This document shows positions 1 to 13,813 of a DNA stretch of 64,000 nt, piece after piece. The stretch is from the human T2T-CHM13v2.0 reference genome, Homo sapiens. The stretch lies in assembly GCF_009914755.1 (NCBI RefSeq), contig NC_060929.1, one strand, 5' to 3'. Every line of letters starts with the position of its first letter. Position 1 is the first letter of the stretch. The position numbers and the translations under genes were made by a program. Below the pieces are notes generated by a model. The model did no database searches, was not told where the DNA came from, and saw nothing but the letters and a program-made list of their open reading frames with translations.

Positions 1-2350
1 CATCCTCCTACATGACATGTTGAATACTTCTGGTAAGGATTTTAGTGGTGAGAGGGAAGTCCTTTATCATATAGCAGAAACTGAAAAGAAATCAAAGTGT
101 AAGGGAACACACCTTAGGGCAGACATCCCAGTTGAAATAATGCTATAGCACACCAAATAAGTTGCAGGTGTGCTCAGGTGTGCCCAAGCTATTGAAGTCC
201 TTAGGATACTCAGAGAGGAGTCCGTGATACTAATTGTGCAACCTGTTCACCCCCAGCATACAGGAAAAATGCTATCCTTTTTTTTCTGTGTGTCATGATG
301 TAGAAAAACACTGGGAAGTATTACAAGAGAAACTTCTCTGTTCATACAGTAACTTGATGAAGACTGAGACTTTCCTCATGGAATTTGTATATGGAGAAAT
401 GGAAAAAGCAAGATTTATTTTCTGCACTATCATATATTCCTATAGTTGAACAAAAAGAGCCTAAAAAATGCACCGAGTCTACAAAATCCTTGATCCCAAG
501 AACCATAAAGTGACAAAGCTAATGTCTGTGGTTCTGAGTACTCCGCTGACAGGCAGTCAGTCGGTCATACAAGAATAAAGTGAACCTTCTGGATGGAGTC
601 TTTCTGACACCACAGACAGAGATTTAATAGTTCTCTCCTGGATAACCTCTTATCATGTTGTAATACTTCATAGCATGTCTTACACAGTGAATAACTGTTT
701 GCGATATGACAAAACGCACCCTTACTCTCTTTCCCTCTTAGAAGAACCCCTCGATCTATGTTCAGCCCCATTCCCTCCTGTCTCCCAAAAATCATTGTCT
801 CTTTTGCCTGTTTTTCTGCTTCTCCTTCTGGTCCTTTCCCTTACATATTAACATGCACAATTCTCCCACACCTTCACTACCCCCCTCAACCTGACACCCC
901 TTCTAACTATTGTCTTATCTCTGCTTCCTTTCACATTAAGTTCCTCAAAATATGGCTCTACAGACACTCTCCACTTCCTAATGTCCCACTGACTTCTTGA
1001 CCTTCTGCAGTCTGATTTCTAGCCCCTAACACTGACCAGGGCAACACCATTTATGCCAAATATTCCTTGACCTGATATAAGCCACTCTCTCTTTAAACTC
1101 AGGTCTCTTACTCATTTATTCTGTTCTCTGTTCCCCACTTCTTGAATCTCTTTCTCACACCACCATGATCTCTGGCTACCTCATCTCAGGTCTCTTTATG
1201 GCCTCCTTTTTCTCTTTAAGAATTAGCATTAGCTAGGTTTCTGTTCTTGGTCCTTTTTTTTCCTCACATTTCACACTCTTTCTGGGCAGTTCCACTTGGA
1301 TACTTCACAGGTAGCACAACTAAACATGGCAAATCTGCACCAACTATCTCTCCTCAAATGCTACTCCCTGCTCGCTCCTATCATCCTGATTTTTGGTTAA
1401 TAACGTCACTCTCAGACCAATTACCTAAGCCAGAAATTTGAGAGTCATATTAAAGTTATTTTTAAGATTAATTTTTGTGGTTAGAAGCAACAACAAATGA
1501 ACTCCACATAGCATAATAATAATTTTTAAGTAGGTGGGTATTGAAAGGATACTGGCATATTTCACAAAATCAAAGGAAGAGTTGACATTGGAAGTGAAGG
1601 AAACAGGACATCACTGGGGACTTCACAAGAAGACCACGATTTTTCTCCTCAGCCTAGCCACAAACATAACTCTCAGTCTCTGCCTTCTGTGTTCTAAATT
1701 TCTTTCATATTCTCAGGGAAAAAAATTGTGTTGGGCAAGCTTGGGTCATATGTCACTTTTAGGTCAATCAGCTAAGTTCTAAAAACTGGAAGAATAAATT
1801 CACAATCCATATACCAACAAGGAATTTGTACCACAATGTAAAAAAGATTTCCTACAAAACAATATCCCCACCCCACTCCCCTGCCCCCTTCCCCCCACCA
1901 AAAAAAAAGAAAAGAAAAATGGGCAAAGGAAATAAAGATAATTTTCAAAATAGGAAACAAGTATCATCAATAAAATATGAGAAATTGCTCAATCTCGGTA
2001 GTAATCAAGAGATGCAAATTAATAAAACAAAGAGAATCATTTCACACTAATCAGAATTGCAAAATATTATTAGTTCCGATAACACAAACTATTGCTGAGG
2101 ATGGAGGGAATAGAAATTCATCTAAATACTTCAAAGATTATTTTGGCAATATTAAATAAAAGTGGCCATAATGTTATACAACTGAGAAATTTTACTGCTA
2201 GATGTTTACCCTAGAGAAACTTTACACATGTGCACTAGGAAACATATACAAGAATATATATTGCAGCACTGTTCCTAGTGAAAGAATAAGAAAGCTGGGA
2301 GAAGCTCACCTGTGATCAGAACAAATATCAAACACTGACCTCAGAAACTA

Positions 2351-2775
2351 CAGGTGCTCCTCAACTTATTATGGAGTTATGTCCCAATAAACCCATTGTA
2401 AGTTGAAACTATCATAAGTCAAAAGTGCATTTAATATACCTAACATCATAGCTTAGCCTAGCCTAACTTAAAAATGCTCACTCAGAACACTTACCTTAGC
2501 CTATAGCTAGGCAAAATCATTTAACACGAAGCCTATTTTATAATAAAGTGTTGACTATCTCATGTAATTTATTGAGCACTGTCCCGAAAATGAAAAACAG
2601 AATGGCTCACTGCCACTACCCAGCATTGCAAGAGTATCATATTGCAAATCGCTAACCCGAAAAAAGATCAAAATTCAAAATGCAAAGTACAGTTTCTACT
2701 AAATGCATATTACTTTTGCACTATTGTAATGTCAAAAAAATCATAAGTCGAACCATCACAATTTGGATATATTTG
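2351..2775 (+). mobile_element. TcMar-Tigger non-autonomous DNA transposon, MER47-like
   Basis: Starts ta|CAGGTGCTCCTCAACTTATTATGGAGTTATGTCCCAATAAACCCATTGTAAGTTG, resembling the MER47 5' end as I recall it; degenerate inverted end near 2750-2775. Confidence 0.7.
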
Positions 2776-3183
2776 CAGAGCAATACGTACCCCCAGGGAT
2801 TTGGAGAAAACAATAGAGACATTAGCCATAATGTCATAGAGTTTAACAGGCTTAACACTGTAGGGAGCTAGGTGGTAGAGGGTAGGATTCACTAAAATAT
2901 ACCAGTGAGTCAGAAAACCAGCAAACAAACAAACAACAGCAAGACCTGGGGGAGGGCAGTTTAGTATCCATAGTACTACATATGTTATTTAAAATGTCCA
3001 TTTTCCAAGTAAAAAATGCAAGTCATACAAAGAAACAGGAAAATATGGCCCATACATCTGATAGCAAGCAACAGAAACTGCTAGTGAGAGCAACCAGATG
3101 GTGGATTTAATGGAAAAGACTTCAAAGTAGCCATTATACACATGTTAACAGGACTAAAGGAAAGCATAATTAAAGAAGTAAAG

Positions 3184-3460
3184 GGCCAGGCATGGTGGCT
3201 CACGCCTGTAATCCCAGTACTTTGGGAGGCCAGGAGTTCAAGACAAGCCTGGCCAACATGGCAAAACCCTGTCTCTACTAAAAATACAAAAATTAGCCCG
3301 GCCTGGTGGTGGGAGCCTGTAATCCCAGCTACTCAGGAGGCTGAGGCAGGAGAATCACTTGAACCCAGGAGGCAGAGGTTGCAGTAAGCCAAGATCGCAC
3401 CACTGCACTCTAGTCTGAGTGACAAGAGCAAAACTCCATCTCAAAAAAAAAAAAAAAAAA
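3184..3460 (+). mobile_element. AluS with ~30-bp deletion in left arm
   Basis: GGCCAGGCATGGTGGCTCACGCCTGTAATCCCAG start, A-tail, TSD AAAGAAGTAAAG at 3172-3183 and 3461-3472. Confidence 0.92.
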
Positions 3461-4739
3461 AAAGAAGTAAAGAAAGGTATGATCATAGTGTCTCCTCAAA
3501 TAGATAATATCAATAAAGAGATAGAAACTATAAAAAAGAGTCAAACAAAAATTCTGAAATTAAAAAGTATAATAAAAGAAAATTTTAAAATTCACTACAG
3601 AGGTTCCATAATAGATTTGAACTGGCAGACAAAAAAACAGTGAACTTGAAGGTAAATCAACTGAGATTATGTAAGCCAAAGAAAGATAGAAAAAGGAATG
3701 AAGAAAAATGAGCAGAGCCTCAGAGAAATGTGGGGCTTGACTAAGCTTGCCCAACATGTGTAATGGGAGTAGCAGAAGTAGAGAAGAAAGACAAAGGAAA
3801 AGAAAAAATATTAGAAGAAGCAATGGCTGAAGCCTTCTCAAATTTATTGAAAAACATTAACCTACATACCCAAGAAGTACAATGATTCCAAGTAGGATAA
3901 ATTCAAAGAGATCTGTAAATAGACACATCACACTAAAAATGCCAAAATCAAAGACCAGGAGAAAACTTTGAAAGTAGAAAAAGAAAAATGACTCATCATT
4001 TACAAGTGATTAACAGCAAACTACACAACAAAACTCAATAAGATTAACAGCAAACTATGAAACAAAAGCAACGGAGACCATAAGATAGTAGAACAACATG
4101 TTCAAAGTGCTAAAAAAAACCACCCTGTCAAACAAGAATCCTATATACAGCAAAAGCTATCTTTCAAAAAAGAAGTTATAATAATGACTTTTCCAGAAAA
4201 CAGAAACTGAGAAAATTTGTTACTAGCAGATCTTCCATACAAGAAATACTAAAGTTCTACATGCTGAAAGCAAGTGATCCCAGATGGTAATTCAAACACA
4301 TGCACTCACACACGTTGTAAAGTTAATTATGTAATCAGAAAAGAAGTATAACTGCATATTTTCCCCTTTCTTATCTTCACTGATTTAAAAATTAATTGTA
4401 TAAAATAAGATGTATGTAATGTGTTGTTGGGCCTATAACATATGGAAATATAATATATGTGTAATATATTTGCCAATGGCAGCAAAAAAAATGTGAGTAG
4501 AAGTTAGGCTATATTGGGCTAAGGAAATGACCACAAATTGATGATTGTAACAATGTATTATTAGGTTTGTGACATCAGTAGCTATAATATGTAGAACAAT
4601 AATGCTACAAAAATAGAAGAAAAGGAATAGAGCTATATAAGAGTAACATTGATAGATAGATAGATTAGATAGATAGACATTATTGAAATTAAACGAGTAT
4701 AAATCTGAAGTTTATTCTGATAAGTAAATGTGTATATGG

Positions 4740-5097
4740 TGTATTAGTTTGTTCTCACACTGCTGATAAAGACATACCCGAGACTGGGTAATTTATAAGG
4801 AAAAGAGGTTTAATTGACTCACAGTTCAGTATGGCTGGAGAGGCCTCAGAAAATTTACAATCATGGCAGAAGGCATCTCTTCACAGGATGGCAGGAGAAA
4901 GAATGAGTGCTGAGAGAAAGGGAAAGCCCCTTATAAAACCATCAGATTTCATACGAACTCACTCACTATCTCAAGAACAGCATGGGAGAAACTGCCCCCA
5001 TGATTCAATTATCTCCACCTGGTCCTGCCCTTGACACGTAGGCATTATTACAATTCAAGGTGAGATTTGGGTGGGGACACAGAGCCAAACCAAATCA
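4740..5097 (-). mobile_element. THE1/MST-type MaLR solo LTR
   Basis: TG...CA ends, 358 bp, GAGATTTGGGTGGGGACACAGAGCCAAACC terminus, 5-bp TSD TATGG at 4735-4739 and 5098-5102. Confidence 0.9.
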
Positions 5098-5251
5098 TAT
5101 GGTAAATCCAAGAGCAACCTCAAAAAATTACAAGAAAATATAGTGAAAAAATCATGAAAGAAATGAAAATACTGCCTTAGAAAAATACGCTTAATGCAAA
5201 AGAAAGCAGTACAAAAGAAATGGAAAAAAAATATATAAAAAATAAAAAGTA

Positions 5252-5595
<344 letters not shown>

Positions 5596-6895
5596 TCAAC
5601 TATAGCAGTAATAATATTAAACATAAATGGATTAAACAATCCAATCAAAAGGATTGTCAGACTGGATAAAAAATATGATCTACAGGAGACACACTTTAGA
5701 TTCAAATATAGAAATAGATTGAAAGTAAAAAGGTAAAAATTATGTATTATGCAAACAGCAATCACTTAAAAACTGAATAACAGATACTACTAATAACAGA
5801 CAAAAGAGACCTTAAAACAAAAAATATTATCAGAAATAATGAGGGACATTTTATAATGATAAAAGGTCAATCTACCATGAAGATATAATTATAGGCATAT
5901 ATGCTTCTGAAATGGAGCACCAAGGTGCATAAAGCAAAAACTGACAGAAATGAAGGGAGAAACAGATAATTCAACAATTATAACTGGAGGTTTCAATATC
6001 CCACTTTTAATAATGGATAGAACAACTAGACAGAAAATCAACAAGAAGACAGAAGACTTGAGAAACTCTATAAACCAACTACACATAACAGACTTCTAGA
6101 GAACACTTCACCCAACAATAACAGTATACATTCTTCTCAAGTGGATGTGGAGGATTCTTCAGTAGACCATATGTTAGGCCACAAAATGAATCTCAGTAAA
6201 TTTAAAAAGATAGAAATAATACAGTGTATGTTCTCCAACCACAATGGGTTGAAATTAGAAATCAATAGTGGGAAAAAATGGGAAAACTCACAAATACATG
6301 GAAATAAAACATACTCCTAAATAACCCAAGACTTAAAGAAGAAATCAAAAAGGAAATCATGAAATACTTTCAGATGAATGAAAAGAAAGACTTCATACCA
6401 AAATTTATGGGATGCAGCTAAAGCAGTGCTTAGAAGGAAATACATAGCTGCAAAAGCCCACATTAAAGAAGAAAGGTCTCAAATCAATAACCTAACCTAA
6501 CACCTTAGGATACTGGAAAAAGAAAAGCAAACTAAGCCTGAAGCAAAAGAAGAAAATAAGTAATAAAATTAGAGGAAAGATAAATGAAACAATTTTTTTA
6601 ATTAGAGAAAAATCAATGAAATCAAAAGCCAGTTATTTGATAAGATCAACAAAATTGACAAACCTTTAGCTAGATTAATGGAGAGTGAAGGGAGGACTCA
6701 ACTTACTAGAATCAGACATGAAAGAGGGAACATTATTACCAAACTTACAGAAGTAAAAAGAATTATCAAAGAATATTATGAACAATTATATGCCAATAGA
6801 TTACATAACTTAGATGAAATGGACAAAATTCCTAAAAGACACAAATTACCAACTCTGGCTCAGCAAGAAAGTAGACAATATGCATAGATATATAA

Positions 6896-7775
<880 letters not shown>

Positions 7776-7816
7776 AAGTGCAGAGGTTGAATTAGTAATT
7801 AAAAAAGCTACCCACA

Positions 7817-8101
7817 GGCCAGGCGCCGTCCCTGTTATCTCAACATTTTAGGAGGGCAAGGTGGGTGGAAAACTTGAGCTCAGGAGTTCAAGACCAGCCT
7901 GAGCAACATGGTGAAACTCCATCTCTAAAAAAAAAAAAAAATTAGCCAGGTACAGTGGCCCATGTCTGTAGTCTCAGCTACTCAGGAGGCTGATGTGAGG
8001 ATCACTTGAGCCAGGGAGGCAGAGGTTGCAGTGAGTTGAGATCGTACCACCACACTCCAGCCTGGGTGACAGAGAGAAACCCTATCTCAGAAAAAAGAAA
8101 A
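7817..8101 (+). mobile_element. AluJ
   Basis: Diverged Alu dimer; TSD AAAAAAGCTACCCAC at 7801-7815 and 8102-8116. Confidence 0.88.
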
Positions 8102-8116
8102 AAAAAAGCTACCCAC

Positions 8117-8204
8117 GTATACGTTTCATGTCTGTATCAAAATATTATATAGGTACCCCATAAATATATACTCCTATTATATATCCATAATAATTAAAAA
8201 TTTT
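8117..8204 (+). mobile_element. Very short L1MA-type 3' end fragment
   Basis: CATGTCTGTATCAAAATA...GTACCCCATAAATATATAC...AATAATTAAAAA resembles an L1MA 3' terminus; followed by third target copy AAAAAACTACCAAC. Confidence 0.6.
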
Positions 8205-9148
8205 AAAAAACTACCAACAGTGAAACTCCCAGGCCCAGTTGACCTCACCACTGAATTTCATCAACCATTAAAGAAGGAATCCCAATTCCAAAAAATAGCA
8301 AATGGGGGACCACTTCCTCTCTCCCAACTCATTTTATGAGGCAAGTATTACTCTGATACCAAAACCAGACAAAGACATCACAGGAAATGAAAATTACAGG
8401 CCAATATCTTTATAAATATGGATGCAAAAATTCTCAACAAAATATTACCAAACCAAATCCAGCAACATTTACAATGACCAAGTGAGATTAATCCCAAAAA
8501 TGCAAGGTTGACTTGACTTCCCAAAATCAATTAATGTAATACATCATATCATTAGAATAAAAAACTACATAATCATCTCAATAGATGCAGAATAATCATT
8601 TGACAAAATCCAACACCCTTTTATGATAAAGACACTCAACAGACTAGGAATAGAGAAGAATTTCCTCAACTTATTAAAAGACATCTGTGAAAAAACATAG
8701 CCAACATCAACCTCACTGGTGAAAGACTGGATGTTTTGTTCCTAAGATCAGGAACAAAATGAAGAGATCCACTCTGACCATTTCTATTCAACATTGTACT
8801 GGAGGTTACAGGCAGGGCAATTAAGGAAGAAAAAGAAATAAAAGACATATAGACTAGAAAGGAAAAAGTAAAATTATCTTTATTAGCAGATGATATAACC
8901 TTGTATGTAGGAAATCCTAAGGGATACACTAAAAAACTATTAAAACTCGTAAATGAGTTGAGCAAGGTTGCAATAAACCAAAATCAGTTGTATTTTTATA
9001 CCCTTGCAAAGAAATATTCAAAATGAAGTTAAGAAAGCAATTTAATTTATAATAGCATCTTAAAGAATAAAGCACTAAATTTAAGAAGTAAATAATTTTA
9101 AGAAGACAAATAAATTTAAGAAGACAAAGACTTGAAACTGAAAAATAC

Positions 9149-10550
9149 AAATACAGCCAACTGATCTTCAACAAAACAAACAAAAACATAAAGTGGGGAA
9201 AGGACACCCTTTCCAACAAATGGTGCTGGGATAATTAGCAAGCCAAATACTTACAGACAACTGATCTTCAAAAAAGCAAACAAAACCATAAAATGGGGCA
9301 AAAGACATCCTACTCAGCAAAGGTGCTGGGATAATTGGCAAGCCACATGTAGGAGAATGAAACTGGATCCTCATCTCTCACCTTATACAAAAATCAACCC
9401 AAGATGGATCAAGGACTTAAACTTAAGACCTGAAACTATAAAAATTCTAGATGATAACATTGGAAAAACCCTTCTAGACACTGGCTTAGGCAAGGATTTC
9501 ATGACCAAGAGCTCAAAAGCAAATGCAATAAAAACAAAGATAAATAGCTGGGACCTAATTAAACTAAAGAGCTTTTGCACAGCAAAAGGAGCAGTCAGCA
9601 GAGTAAACAGACAACTCACACAGTGGGAGAAAATCTTCACAATCTATACATCTGACAAAGGACTAATATCCAGAATCTACAACAAACTTAAACAAATCAG
9701 TAAGAAAAAAAAAAAGAACCCATCAAAAAGTGGGCTAAGGACCTGAATACACAATTCTCAAAAGAAGATATACAAATGGCCAAGAAACATATTAAAAAAT
9801 GCTTGACATCACTAATGATTAGAGAAATGCAAATCAAAACTACAATGCGATATCACCTCACTCCTGCAAGAATGGCCATAATCAAAAAATCAAAAAACAG
9901 TGTATGTTGGCATGAATGTGGTGAACAGGGAACACTTCTACACTGCTGGTGGGAATGTAAACTAGTACAGCTGCTATGGAAAACAGTGTGGAGATTTCTT
10001 AAACAACTAAAAGTAGAACTACCATTTGATGCAGCAATCCCACTACTGGATATCTACCCAGAGGAAAAGAAGCCATTATTCTAAGACGATACTTGCACAT
10101 TAATGTTTATAGCAGCACAATTCACAATCGCAAAATCGTGGAACCAACCCAAATGCCCATCAATCAATGAATGGATAAAGAAACTGTGGTATACATATAC
10201 AATGGAATACCACGCAGCCATAAAAAGGAATGAATTAACAGCATTCACAGTGACCTGGATGAGATTGGAGACTATTATTCTAAGTGAAGTAACTCAGGAG
10301 TGGAAAATCAAACATCATATGTTCCCACTGATATGTAGGAGCTAAGCTATGAGAATGCAAAGGCATAAGAATGATACCATGGACTTTGGGGACTTGGGGG
10401 GAAGAAAGGGAGGAGGGCGAGGGATAAAATACTACAAATAAGGTTCAGTGTATACTGCTTGGGTGATGAGTGCACCAAAATCTCACAAATCACCACTAAA
10501 GAACTTATATAACCAAATACCACCTGTACCCCAATAACTTATGGAAAAAA
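9149..10550 (+). mobile_element. 5'-truncated L1PB-type LINE-1 (ORF2 C-terminus and 3' UTR)
   Basis: ORF fragments 9357..10345 match ORF2p C-terminus ([23 protein letters not shown]); 3' UTR GGTTCAGTGTATACTGCTTGGGTGATGAGTGCACCAAAATCTCACAAATCACCACTAAAGAAC. Confidence 0.88.
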
Positions 10551-10847
10551 TACATATAGTTTACTCTTCTTAATTTAAAATATATTGAACTTTGAACAAT
10601 TCAAGTAAAATAACTCTATCTAAAACTTCATAAGCCATGCAAGTATATACTGCATTTTAAACATTTTTAGAACTTTTTTAACCATGGCAGTTTAGTTAAA
10701 CAAATAATAAATAACTTTTCATTTGCAAAAAAAAGTTATTAAAATTGATTGTGGTGATGGTTGGATATCTGTGAATATACTAAAAACAAATTTTATACTT
10801 TATATGGGTAAATTGTATAGTCTGTTAATTACATCTCAATAAAACCC

Positions 10848-11183
10848 TTTTATATTTTGTATTTATTTATTTATTTATGTATTTATTTATTTATTTATTT
10901 TGAAACAGTGTCTTACTCTGTCACCCAGGCTGGAGTGCAGTAGTGCAATCACAGCTCACTGTAGCCTCTACCTTCTGGATTCAGTTGATCCTCCCACTTG
11001 AGCCTCTCCAGTAATTGAAACTACAGGTGTGTGCCATCAGGCCCAGCTAAGTTTTGTATTATTTGTACGGAAAGGGTTTCACCATGTTGCCAGGCTGGTC
11101 TTGAATTCCTAGACCCAAGCAATCTGCCTACCTTGGCCTCTCAAAGTGCTGGGATTTACAGGCATGAGCTACCACACCTGGCC
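10848..11183 (-). mobile_element. AluJ with (TTTA)n tail
   Basis: Reverse Alu dimer, ACAGCTCACTGTAGCCTC, (TATT)n-derived tail. Confidence 0.88.
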
Positions 11184-11296
11184 TCAAAATAGCTATTTTT
11201 TTAAATGTTGAGAAAAATGAGCAAGTTGCAAAATAGTTTATATGATATTTTGAAACATGCATGAAATCAAATTTTTTTTTTTTTACTATTATCTAA

Positions 11297-11594
<298 letters not shown>

Positions 11595-12189
11595 CCCTGA
11601 ATTTTTTATAAGGTTAACCTACTCATGAAACCACCACCCAGATCAAGATATTGAACATTTCTAGTACCCCCAAAGCTTCTCTCTTGCCCCTTCTCAGTGA
11701 TTGCTCCCCCAAACGTAACCCTATTCTAAATTTTGTTACCTTAGATTACTTATGCCTGCTCCTGAAGTTTATATAAATGATACAACCTGTATTTTTTTGT
11801 GTTATAGTTTCTTCTGTAAGATGGACATTTGATTTATGCTCCAGTTTTTGGCTACTACAAATAATACTTCCCTAAACCAGTCCAGTGCATGTATTTTTGG
11901 TGCATATGTATAAACACACATTTCTGCTGGACATATATCTAGGAGTCAAATTGCTGGGTCTTAAGATACGCACACATTCAGCTTTAGTAAACACTTCCAG
12001 ATAATTTTCAGAAGTTTTGTACGAACATATACTCTCACCAGCAGTACGACAGTTCCCATCTCCACTTACTCATCAACACTTGATATGGTCTATTTTGTTT
12101 CATTTTATAATTTTAGCAATTCTTGTGTATATGAAGTGTTATCTTTTGTTTTAATGTGCCTTTCCCTGGTAAGTAATGATGTTGAGCAC

Positions 12190-12622
12190 TGTTATGGACT
12201 GAATTGTGTCCTCTCAAAATTCATTTGTTGAAGCACTAATCCCCAGTACCTCAGAATGTGATTGTATTTGGAGACAGGGCCTTTGAAGAAGCAATTAAAT
12301 TAAAATGAGGATGTTAAGGTGTATCCTAATATATTAATATGACTGGTGTCCTTATAAAATGACATTAGGACACATGGAGATTAGGACACAAGGAGATTAG
12401 GACACATGGAGAAACCAGAGGCATGTGTGCACAGAAGGATGATCATATGAAGAAGCAGCTAGAGCGCCATCTCCAAGTCAAGGAGAAAGGCTTCAGAGGA
12501 AACCAGTTCTACCAATAGGATCTTGAACTTTTGGCCTCTAGAACTGTAAGAACATAAATTTTTATTGTTTAAGGCACCCATTATGTGGTACTTGATGACA
12601 GAAGCCCTAATGAACTAATATA
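12190..12622 (+). mobile_element. MLT1A/B-type MaLR solo LTR containing a 3x16-bp tandem repeat (12364-12412)
   Basis: TGTTATGGACTGAATTGTGTCC...CCCCAGTACCTCAGAATGTG start, ...AACTAATATA end; ATTAGGACACAWGGAG x3. Confidence 0.82.
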
Positions 12623-13194
12623 GTCACCTTATCATATGCTTATTGGCCATTTTAAAATCCTTTTCTATAAACACCTGTTCAAACAATCCATTTAAAACTA
12701 GATTATTTGCCTTTTCCTTATTGATGGTTAGTAGTTGCTTACATATTGGGGATATGAATTCTTTGTCATATATATGCATTATACAAATCTTCCACTCAGT
12801 GATTTGCCTTTTTACTCTTTTAATGGTGTCTTTTAATTAACAGATATTCTTGGTTTCCATGAAGTCCAATATCTCATTCTTCTCTTTTATAGTTAGTACT
12901 TTGAATTCTGTTTAGAAAAATCTTTGCCAAAAAAAATGCTGATAAGGACATTCTCCTGTGTGATTTTTTACAAAATGTATTGCTTCACTTTCCACATTTA
13001 GATCTGAAGTCCATATAGAAGTGATTTTTTGTGTGTAACATAAGATAAAGATAAAGATTCCTTTTTTACTTCAATTTGGATATTTCCTTTTTTGGAAAAA
13101 AAATGACCCTTTCCCTTGCACTTCCAAGGCAACTTTGAATTTAATCAATTATCAATCTATTTCTGTGTTTTCTACTTCATCTCACTGACCTATA

Positions 13195-13813
13195 TGGTCA
13201 ATTCTCATTATTTGCAATAGTTAATAATAAAGTTTCTGCAAACACTGGATTAGCAAATACCAAATGATTGCTCCTATGCGAAATAAAAGATTAGGTTCCT
13301 GAAAGCCTCCAGTCACAATATTTGTGTCAACTGATCAATACATAACCTTGTTTTATGTGTGTTTTTGTTTTAAAAAAAATCTTTAATATTATTGTTGATT
13401 CGTTAACAATAAGCTCATCGCTAACAGCACTGTATGCCTAAAAGAAGCTTATATGACAGATATTATTTTCTCAGTAGAGCACATCACTGCCTTCTTGCAC
13501 TTAGGAACACCAGCAAGCACTTCAGCACTACTCTTTGTGGCCATTTAAATAGCAAAATCATCAACAAGAAGCACAAAAATGTGAAAAATGTGGCACTTGA
13601 TCACAAAAAGGACATTATTTAGATATAAGAGAAACTGACACCTTATTCAACCTCAGCTGGTAATATGCATGTTAGGCAATTCAAATTTTTCAATGCTATA
13701 CAAATGTCCTCTAATGACTGTGAAGCAGCAAATATTGATTTGGGGGTTACAAATAAATTTTAGCAGGTATGTGAATTTGCAAATCTAAATCCATGAATAA
13801 TGAGAATGAATTG
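13195..13813 (-). mobile_element. Tigger-family DNA transposon, MER82-like
   Basis: Inverted termini ATTCTCATTATT (13201) / AATAATGAGAAT (13796); internal GGGGTTACAAATAAATTTTAGCAGG. Confidence 0.7.

Noticed and set aside
1-2300. Possible old L2/MLT/L1M fragments at the window start
   Set aside because: Too diverged to assign family or boundaries by eye
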